A stretch of 64,000 nt of DNA from Acidobacteriota bacterium (GTDB lineage: Bacteria > Acidobacteriota > UBA6911): contig OY761556.1 of assembly GCA_963664705.1 (NCBI GenBank), forward strand, positions 2,944,001-3,008,000, written 5' to 3'. This document shows positions 27,601 to 34,231 of this stretch, piece by piece (the stretch's first letter is position 1; each line of letters starts with the position of its first letter). The notes under the pieces are model-generated. The model saw only the letters and a list, made by a program, of their open reading frames with translations, did no database searches and was not told where the DNA came from. A program made the position numbers and the translations under genes.

Positions 27601-28063
27601 GGAGGGCGAGGCGAAGTTTTGACCGACTCGAATCCATGTAGCTTTGGTCGATAATCTTCTTTGCCTCGGCAAAGAACTCTTCCGATCGGCTCCTGTCGCT
27701 AAAATGCCTGAACACGAGAAGGGATGCGGAAATAATGCCGATCGCCGCTGCCGCGGCTATGGGCCAGCGGACCCAGGCAGGAATGCCGGTTTTCTTTTTC
27801 TGTTCGCTGCGTGCAACATTCTGGACCAGTTGCACGGTTTGCTGCAGCTCTGAAGCCGTCGGCTGCGAAACTGGCTCAGAACCCTGGATGTCCTCCGGAT
27901 GCAGCAGCTCAATCAAATCAGCCAGCGCCTTGCGGCATTTCGAACAACCCGCGAGATGCGCCTCCAGTTGAGGGGTTCGCCATCCGCTGCCATTCTGCGT
28001 TAGATACGAATAAAGATTCTCGTCGGTCAGACAGGCTTTATTCGCCGTACCGTTCGTGTTCAT
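24653..28063 (-). CDS. zf-HC2 anti-sigma / TM / TPR / CHAT protease fusion
   Basis: N-terminal CLTDENL...EAHLAGCSKC; TM helix at about aa 97-118; many TPR-like repeats; CHAT motifs ILPDGPLHTLPF, VHFSGH, NLAGCET, AFLNAGA and W.PYILVG. Confidence 0.9.
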   Translation of the reverse strand: MNTNGTANKACLTDENLYSYLTQNGSGWRTPQLEAHLAGCSKCRKALADLIELLHPEDIQGSEPVSQPTASELQQTVQLVQNVARSEQKKKTGIPAWVRWPIAAAAAIGIISASLLVFRHFSDRSRSEEFFAEAKKIIDQSYMDSSRSKLRLALPFSAESGMRAADQQGSLRSAENRLYQALAIQENMVEARLGLGYIYLSGTEYGKARGEFESILKIQKDDKQALIGRGVAWYEEAQQSNDPLDRINQLKAAQADFERVLAFDPNSVEARYDKIMVLFGSGLHQEALKEIELYLKQDPNSAWAEELKTLKTRMQMSRSSVFREEMDHAARLREAAAISDLARLLPDKTVGAIITSMRRSLGRESEKDSDLSEPPSADDLVWAAKAMEASYSEATGDHSLKNLIQFYVGLSPPERRFKRELDDEFQKLNKLQQNHRLCDRILTRSKYLEAQYTQLKDYWKLADLHHLRANILYTCKAEFQASEREFFEMLTVAKNLDAPEPTARALAGLAIIMGQERKFGESLTYARKLKNIADQYHLNEWPLYVAMTRGNQYRRMGRLDLALKEYSFAMGAAAHIGETIKLAEALENAGLVMEQQERFLDAGAFYAQAVRLQDEWIADDPARVQEMSVRHVNLLLRQGNLAMRLGDLDKAENAFSESLATAQAGMKEAESRALVAVAEIYLSKKRFPEAKDLLNRAIRISQSGRYLDTEWEAKFLKGRVLEYTNQPKAAHSLYVQSISILERMRQKVPRGDLKHSFYNNRYDPFKAVVSLLFRRGDKEKALEFVDRAKAATLRDDLTVATLSAKSRRKLVAGPSPMIEYFFVDEGLLVFYIGQGRLEASLQKLTRDEISQQVRSFVLSIQHNNLGRFAELAGKLYQELILPIEKHLDGQGTETLAILPDGPLHTLPFAGLMDANRRHLIERMPIAYAPSQTVYSYCLNHRMASSNSVVMIDGTQGLPFAREELAYLSKLFGKNARSVSANDWPALVRETENSAIVHFSGHSLKPEGKPVLVLQTIPQKIYLDSQTISGWKCAANRLVNLAGCETATGPVAEGEGPWGLIPAFLNAGAPSVIASLLPVDDEATRKLDCQFYEMLRQGAGKAKALQTAQLTLLAAARKHSAGGPQSWVPYILVGNPQ

Positions 28064-28743
28064 AGCACCGTTCCATCCGTTTTGCCTGCAGTGGCAAGCG
28101 TTTGGACTCGAGAAATAAGCCTTTTTAAAAGTTTCTCAACACCGGCCTTGGAAAGATTGACTCCCTTACACTGAGAGATCTGACTAAAGGATAGTCCATT
28201 ATAAAAATGAAGATCAAAAATCAGCTTATCCCGGAGCGAAGTCGGACCGGAGTCGGATTCAATCGTGTTCCTGGTCAGAGACATGAGCTCGCGAATCAAC
28301 ACCTTGCGGTCCAAGTCCTCGATTTCATCTTTATCGGCCAGGGCGATATCGACCTCGCCTCCTCCATCGCGATCCAACGTGCGTTTGACCGCCGCTGTCC
28401 GGCGCAAAGTATCCAACACCGATGATCGGCAGATTACCGCAAGATATGCCAGCAATTCGTCTTCATTTTTTCCGGAGAACCGCTTCATCGCGGCGCACTC
28501 GTTTGAGACAAGACGGATAATGGAGTTTTGAAAAAGATCGCTTTCCTGAACACCACACGCCTGCATGGAGGAGCCCGAGGCGGTTTGACTTGCAAGTTGT
28601 CTCAGGGTGCCACCGATAAAATATTTGATCTTAATGGTATACCGTCGTAGAAATTCGGTCCAGGCTTCCGAATTCCCGGTATCATCCGCACAGATATGAA
28701 ACAACTCCACTGCATCCAATGAGCGCAACTTGAACCTCTTCAC
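28060..28743 (-). CDS. ECF-type sigma-70 factor
   Basis: AWTEFLRRY, DLFQ..IIRL and LAYLAVICRSSVLDTLRR (region 2); RDKLIFDLHFYNGLSFSQIS (region 4); 4-nt overlap with the CHAT gene. Confidence 0.85.
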   Translation of the reverse strand: MKRFKLRSLDAVELFHICADDTGNSEAWTEFLRRYTIKIKYFIGGTLRQLASQTASGSSMQACGVQESDLFQNSIIRLVSNECAAMKRFSGKNEDELLAYLAVICRSSVLDTLRRTAAVKRTLDRDGGGEVDIALADKDEIEDLDRKVLIRELMSLTRNTIESDSGPTSLRDKLIFDLHFYNGLSFSQISQCKGVNLSKAGVEKLLKRLISRVQTLATAGKTDGTVL

Positions 28744-28911
28744 CGCAACTGTCTAAGCCATGAGGAACCCGCCCATTATACACAGTTCTACAAAACCACA
28801 AACAATAGAAGTGAAATAACATGTGGACCGGCATCCCGTTGTCTGCTGCTGCAGGCACATTGAATAGAATTCGATGCCGTTGAAAGGGTGACCTTGGAAA
28901 TGACCGCACCG

Positions 28912-29541
28912 TCAGAGAGTCTTGCTGCGACGAGGATTGTAAATAATGCCGCCGGACTCCCGATATTCTCTTAGGACCGCGGCAGCCTCCTGCCGGCATA
29001 TATCGCGCAGAACGGAAATCCCCCGGCGCTCCAGGGCTTCCACCCAGTTGGGCGGCTTTTCCCCTTCATCGAAGCCGGTATCTTCGGCATCCGAACCGCG
29101 TGCGCCGCAGACCAGTCGCCGGACTCCCGACCACGTGACCGCCCCAAGACACATCGCGCACGGTTCCGTGCTGGTGATCAGCTCATAGTGCCTTGATTCC
29201 GATGCGCTGAAATCGTAGGTGCCAAGTTCCTTCTGCCCGGCCATGATGGCCACAATTTCCCCATGAAGCACGGAGCAGCCGCCGCTCAACACCAGGTTCA
29301 CTCCCGCCGCCAGCAACGAGCCATCCTCGATATGAAAAAGCCCCGCGGCGAAAGGCCCACCCCCGTGGTGGACATTCAGGCGCGAAAGCTCGACTGCAAA
29401 CTGCATTCGCTCTTCAACCGTGGAAAATGCGCGTCTCTCTTTTGAGACAAATGCCTCAAGCCAGTCCGGCAGATTCAGCGAAAAAGATGGTTGATCCACA
29501 AAATGTCTCCGTCCCATGCCCTTCCCCGGGGCAATTACCAA
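28912..29541 (-). CDS. Zn-dependent nucleoside/nucleobase deaminase (TadA/guanine deaminase-like); start uncertain
   Basis: GGPFAA, HGE and EPCAMC motifs; GFDEG. Confidence 0.88.
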   Translation of the reverse strand: MVIAPGKGMGRRHFVDQPSFSLNLPDWLEAFVSKERRAFSTVEERMQFAVELSRLNVHHGGGPFAAGLFHIEDGSLLAAGVNLVLSGGCSVLHGEIVAIMAGQKELGTYDFSASESRHYELITSTEPCAMCLGAVTWSGVRRLVCGARGSDAEDTGFDEGEKPPNWVEALERRGISVLRDICRQEAAAVLREYRESGGIIYNPRRSKTL

Positions 29542-29552
29542 CGCTTCGGAGA

Positions 29553-29951
29553 TCAGTTTACTGCATTATTCGAGGAATTCGTGGCAGATTTGTCCTGCGG
29601 CTTATATTCAAATTCGTCCGGACTGTTGTTTTTCCAGACCACACGCGCTACGTCATAGGAATTTCGGAGATTCGTGTTTGGACTATAAAAGAGCATGGTA
29701 ATCTCACTCTCCGGCTCATTCAGCGTGTTCGAGAGGGTGACCAGCGTGGATCGAACCGCGCTTTCTGAATAGTGGGAAGGCAACGATACTTTGACCAGGA
29801 ATCTCCGGTGCTTTGCCGTACTGGTATTCTGTATCTCCGCAATTCTGAAATCGGGCACACGCCCGGCGCTTTTGCTATCGGAACCTTTGAGTCCGCATCC
29901 GCCCATCAGGAGCATACAGACTCCGCACAAGACCCACGCAACGGTTCTCAT
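29553..29951 (-). CDS. Hypothetical lipoprotein
   Basis: AGGAGG RBS; hydrophobic leader ending LMGGC. Confidence 0.6.
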   Translation of the reverse strand: MRTVAWVLCGVCMLLMGGCGLKGSDSKSAGRVPDFRIAEIQNTSTAKHRRFLVKVSLPSHYSESAVRSTLVTLSNTLNEPESEITMLFYSPNTNLRNSYDVARVVWKNNSPDEFEYKPQDKSATNSSNNAVN

Positions 29952-30178
29952 CCCAGCCTCCTATCCTATTGATCGGCACAGCCAGAGACTTCTTGAGATC
30001 GAGGAAGACAAATTGTCTCAGACACTCTTCCCCGCAAGAGTGATCTTCCGCACAGACATGAAGTCTTTCTTTCCTTTTCTTTTAGAAAAATCGAAATCCT
30101 ATTTTTGCCTGAAACCAAAACCGGACCGGCCCCGTATACAAAATAACGCATAAGAATCCATTCCTGATTCGTAAGGAT

Positions 30179-30218
30179 GGGGGGAGCCGCGTGGATGGTT
30201 CCCCCCTTTGCTTTTTTT
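30179..30218 (+). terminator. Terminator-like hairpin with U-tract in a divergent intergenic region
   Basis: GGGGGGAGCC / GGTTCCCCCC stem followed by TTTGCTTTTTTT. Confidence 0.5.
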
Positions 30219-30365
30219 GCTCGCCGATCTCCGCGGACACAGCCTCCAGATAACATTTTTGCCATCCGCCTTTTTCCATTGAACCAGGTAGTTTTCATTG
30301 AACACAAAAGAGCGCATCATATGCAGGTAATCGAACAACGATCGTCAGGACGATGTCGGTGACAA

Positions 30366-31448
30366 GTGTTCTCCCCGACTTTGTGGCGATCATGCGGGAT
30401 GCGGGAACAGGCTCCGCGGCATGTGAGGAAACCGGCAGTGAAAGAACTGGAATGGATTACCGAAATTCGTCTCGACGACAGAACCGAAGGGCCGAACCAA
30501 GGCCAGAGGGTAATGATGTTTTCAGGGTTCGCCAGCAGCCCCGAAGTATTGAGGGACCTTGGAACCGCGATTCACGAAAGGCTATCGGTAACGGTGCTGA
30601 TGCGCGGCTTGCCGCGACACGACGGTGACAAACACAACTTCTATAGCAGTCGTGCCTGGCATTACTGGCGGGAGGCGGAAGAACCCTTCCTGCGCTTCTG
30701 GAAGGAAAAGGGCACGCCGGTAACACTGATCGGCTATTCAACGGGCGCGAACATCGCCATCACAATTGCGGCGCGCCACCCCAGTAAAGTTGCGGGTATT
30801 GTTTTGCTCAGTCCCTATCTCCGTGCCAGGAGTGCTGCAACCCGGACTTTGAGCTATGGCGTTTCCGGATTGTATTACCTGGCTCTGCCGCTCGGAGCTC
30901 TCGGCGGTCTCGCCTACATCTGCTATAAACGCTATCGTCGCGACTGGACGCCACGACGCACATTCGCCGTGGCCGCAGGATCGCTGCTGGGATTCGCATC
31001 CGCAGCAAAGATTCTGGATCGCGCCACGGTGGGAATCGGCCAGGCACCGGCACTGATGCGAGACGGGGAGGAAGTGCATGCTCCCCACTTCGAGCGGGTA
31101 TCCCTCGTAGGAGGATCCACGCTCGTTCCATTCCAGCTCCTCACTCGATGGATCCATCGCCATACGGTTGTGCCCATCACCTATGTATTCGGCGAAAAGG
31201 ATAGCGTTGTGGATGTGGAGAGCGGCGTGATGATTGCACGGCAGAATCCCAAGGCGGAGCTGTTCGTACTTTCCAATGCCCCGCACCGCATTGTCACAGA
31301 GCCGCGCATTTACGATATCGTCTGCGCGGCCGTTCTCCGCTGCTTTGATGAAAGCGCGGCAAGGCAGCAGGATTTCGAAGATGTGGATATTATTCCATCC
31401 GATCTTGAACTCAGCGACCTGGAAGCAGCGCCCTATATCATGGCCTGA
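30366..31448 (+). CDS. Alpha/beta hydrolase (esterase-like) with hydrophobic insertion; start uncertain
   Basis: GYSTG nucleophile elbow, GEKDSVV (Asp) and APH (His). Confidence 0.82.
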   Translation: MFSPTLWRSCGMREQAPRHVRKPAVKELEWITEIRLDDRTEGPNQGQRVMMFSGFASSPEVLRDLGTAIHERLSVTVLMRGLPRHDGDKHNFYSSRAWHYWREAEEPFLRFWKEKGTPVTLIGYSTGANIAITIAARHPSKVAGIVLLSPYLRARSAATRTLSYGVSGLYYLALPLGALGGLAYICYKRYRRDWTPRRTFAVAAGSLLGFASAAKILDRATVGIGQAPALMRDGEEVHAPHFERVSLVGGSTLVPFQLLTRWIHRHTVVPITYVFGEKDSVVDVESGVMIARQNPKAELFVLSNAPHRIVTEPRIYDIVCAAVLRCFDESAARQQDFEDVDIIPSDLELSDLEAAPYIMA

Positions 31449-31482
31449 TCAGCTCGAAGCAAGGAAGCCCCGCCGGCTGTGA

Positions 31483-32073
31483 TTATTGCAACAGGCTGGC
31501 TACCAATGCATCTATTTCCTGTTCATGTCCCAGCTCGATGAATTTCCCGGCCAGCCTTCCCTGCCGATCGATGACAAAAACGGTAGGGATGGCGGATACA
31601 TTTCCCAACGGCTTCAAATCGATGATCGTTTTGAACTGAAAGGCAGCGACTGGATACGGAACGGCAATGGTGCAACTGATTTCCGGATGCTTTTTGAGAA
31701 ATGGCTTCACCTTTTCCCAACCTTCATCGTCTACATCAACGCCGATGATTTCGACGGGCAGATCGCGATATTTCTTCTGCAAATCGACAATCTTGGGGAT
31801 GCTATGAAGGCATGTCCCACACCACGTGGCCCACACATCCACTACCGCAACCTTGCCCTTGAGATCCGCGATGGTCCGATGATCACCGGCAAGAGTTTCA
31901 TAGCCGAATCCCGTAACATCCGGTCTCTCGGAAGCGCTTGAATAGACCCCTTGCTGCTTGCCTGCCTTTATCAGCGGAGCCACTCTGCCAAAATAGTAGC
32001 CGGCAAGGCTGATCGCGATCAGTACCAGGAGCATGAGAGCCCAAAATGCTGCCTTTAGTGCACGATTTGCCAT
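31483..32073 (-). CDS. TlpA/ResA-family thiol-disulfide oxidoreductase
   Basis: N-terminal TM; LKGKVAVVDVWATWCGTC; IPTVFVIDRQG. Confidence 0.92.
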   Translation of the reverse strand: MANRALKAAFWALMLLVLIAISLAGYYFGRVAPLIKAGKQQGVYSSASERPDVTGFGYETLAGDHRTIADLKGKVAVVDVWATWCGTCLHSIPKIVDLQKKYRDLPVEIIGVDVDDEGWEKVKPFLKKHPEISCTIAVPYPVAAFQFKTIIDLKPLGNVSAIPTVFVIDRQGRLAGKFIELGHEQEIDALVASLLQ

Positions 32074-32287
32074 GTTTTTATCCTGTCCGGGGCAACGGAG
32101 AACGTGACCCTCCGAAATTTTGTCTTGGGAATCACCCGATTGTGGTTTTCCTGTTTATCGATAACCCCAAGGATTCTATTTTATGGCAGGCGCGCCAAAA
32201 TAAAAATCAACGTTCGAAAATTTTGCTATCATCGGATATAAAGTTGGCCCCGGGCATGAAAACATGATCAACCCGGTAGGAGGAGAG

Positions 32288-32878
32288 ATGATGCCGGCAC
32301 TAAAGACTTTTCTGTCGATCGCTTTTCTAATCCTGACAGTCCCTTCATTCGCGCAAAATGAGACAAAGGTGAACATCGATCCATTTTTTGCAACGGTGGA
32401 TGCAAACAATGATGGCGCCCTCAGCATGGAGGAATGGAGGACATTGGGTCTGATGGATATATCCTTCCCTCTATGCGATGCCAACAGGGATGGCAAGATC
32501 ACAAAGGCGGAAATGGGAGCGTGCGCTGTGCCGGAATCGATGGATCCTAAAAAGGAGGGGATTTTGACGGTTTATGCAGGAGGACGCTTCGTGATTCCAT
32601 CCCCAGGAGCCCCGGTTCCCAAGCCGGCAAATGCTCCACCTGGAATTACGCAGGCAACACAAATGGTTTCAGACAGTCCATACGTGGCTGGAGGGCCGAC
32701 CGGTCAGGATTTCATCAGGATGTTCGATACGGATGGCGATGGAAAAATCAGTCATGATGAGTGGGAAAAGCTTAAAAACAACACGGTGTTCAAGCCGTTC
32801 CGCTGGCCGCAGTACAACCGGAATCGCGATGAGTGGATCACGGTGGAAGAAGCGCCAAAGGCACCCACACACCCGTGA
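32288..32878 (+). CDS. Secreted EF-hand protein
   Basis: Signal peptide; DANNDGALSMEE, DANRDGKITKAE, DTDGDGKISHDE and NRNRDEWITVEE. Confidence 0.85.
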   Translation: MMPALKTFLSIAFLILTVPSFAQNETKVNIDPFFATVDANNDGALSMEEWRTLGLMDISFPLCDANRDGKITKAEMGACAVPESMDPKKEGILTVYAGGRFVIPSPGAPVPKPANAPPGITQATQMVSDSPYVAGGPTGQDFIRMFDTDGDGKISHDEWEKLKNNTVFKPFRWPQYNRNRDEWITVEEAPKAPTHP

Positions 32879-33010
32879 TTCGACGCAGACCTGGCGCCGC
32901 GACTGATTTCTCGCAAAGGGACAGCAACAACCTCTATCGCGGGTGTCGCAGCGGATTAGCCGCTGCCGACACCCGAAAATTTCCATTCATCAAATCGACA
33001 AAACCGACGC

Positions 33011-33442
33011 CTACCTGCGGGACAGCGCAATGTCGACGGTTCGGGGAATGGATGCGCGCTGTATAAACTCCCTTTCGGCGCTTGACTTCATCAACTCCTG
33101 CCCCTTGCCGCTGGCACTATTGCACACTTTTGCCAAGAAATAGGACTCCCCATATTGGTTGAAAACCAGTTTGGATACTGACTGGCTCCTTGTCTGGGGG
33201 AATGGGATTGTCAGCAGAAATGCATGCTCGGCGCCCTTCAGGCTTTCAATGAAAATGAGGCCTTTGGCAGCCGAGGGGATTCTGACGAGGTACTGGCCGG
33301 CGGGCATACTGACAGCTCCAGCACGGAAAGCGAACGGAATGTTATAGGCAAAAACGTCCGCATTCTGGGCAAAAGCCTGCCCTGATCCCAGCAGCAGCAC
33401 CAGCAGAACCCCAATCACTAGCTGATAAAAATTCCTTTTCAT
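33011..33442 (-). CDS. Small secreted hypothetical protein (IPFAF..G..MPAG.Y type, common in Acidobacteriota)
   Basis: AGGAG RBS; signal peptide AFA|Q; NIPFAFRAG..MPAGQY and KLVFNQYGESYFL. Confidence 0.75.
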   Translation of the reverse strand: MKRNFYQLVIGVLLVLLLGSGQAFAQNADVFAYNIPFAFRAGAVSMPAGQYLVRIPSAAKGLIFIESLKGAEHAFLLTIPFPQTRSQSVSKLVFNQYGESYFLAKVCNSASGKGQELMKSSAEREFIQRASIPRTVDIALSRR

Positions 33443-33655
33443 ATCGCGCTCCTGATTCAGACCGGGAGTTATTGGATGCAAACTGATCTAAATACTCTGC
33501 CTCAACATCTATATGCGTAAACGGAGCCCATTTTTCTGAATGGCATGAATTTTTGATCGGGCTGCAGGAAATAATCCGGATGCCGTCATGGCTCGGGGGT
33601 ATAATTAACTTCACTTCTGAGCGCATGCTCACATCTCCCACAGGGGGGTGACGCA

Positions 33656-34231
33656 ATGAACTCATGTTCTCCACAGGAAGTTACCCGGTTGCTTCACCAA
33701 TGGTGTGAAGGAGACCAGGCGGCTCTCGGCAGGCTTGCCCCTCTTGTTTATGACGAACTGCATGTCCGCGCCCATCGCTATATGCGCAAGGAACGCGGCG
33801 GACACATTCTTCAAACCACGGCATTGGTGAATGAGGTCTATGTTCAACTGATCGATGCCCCGAAGATGCACTGCCAGGATCGCGCTCATTTCTTTGCCAT
33901 TTCCGCCAAACTGATGCGGCAGATTCTCGTCAACTATGCCCGATCCACGGGATCGCAGAAGAGGGGAGGAGACTGTCGTCGAGTAACCCTGGATGAAGAG
34001 CTCTTTGTCGAAAGGCATGGCTCCGATCTGGTCAAATTGGACGATGCGCTTACCGCGCTCTCTCAGTTTGATCCCCGAAAAGCACGCGTGGTCGAGCTGC
34101 GATTTTTTGGAGGACTAAGACTCGAAGAAATAGCCGAAGTGCTGAAAGTTTCGACGGACACCGTATGGCGAGACTGGGATCTGGCCAAAGTCTGGCTGTA
34201 CAGGGAAATGAAGGGAGTTAAACGGCAATGA
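33656..34231 (+). CDS. ECF sigma factor, TIGR02999-like (kinase-associated)
   Basis: EVTRLL..W..GD, LVYDEL, LQTTALVNE, QKRGG and VVELRFFGGL; overlaps the kinase start. Confidence 0.92.
   Translation: MNSCSPQEVTRLLHQWCEGDQAALGRLAPLVYDELHVRAHRYMRKERGGHILQTTALVNEVYVQLIDAPKMHCQDRAHFFAISAKLMRQILVNYARSTGSQKRGGDCRRVTLDEELFVERHGSDLVKLDDALTALSQFDPRKARVVELRFFGGLRLEEIAEVLKVSTDTVWRDWDLAKVWLYREMKGVKRQ

Noticed and set aside
24653-28743. Type III-E CRISPR (Craspase) locus
   Set aside because: TPR-CHAT plus sigma is reminiscent, but there is no Cas7-11, Csx30/31 or array, and the CHAT protein has a TM helix and a zinc finger.
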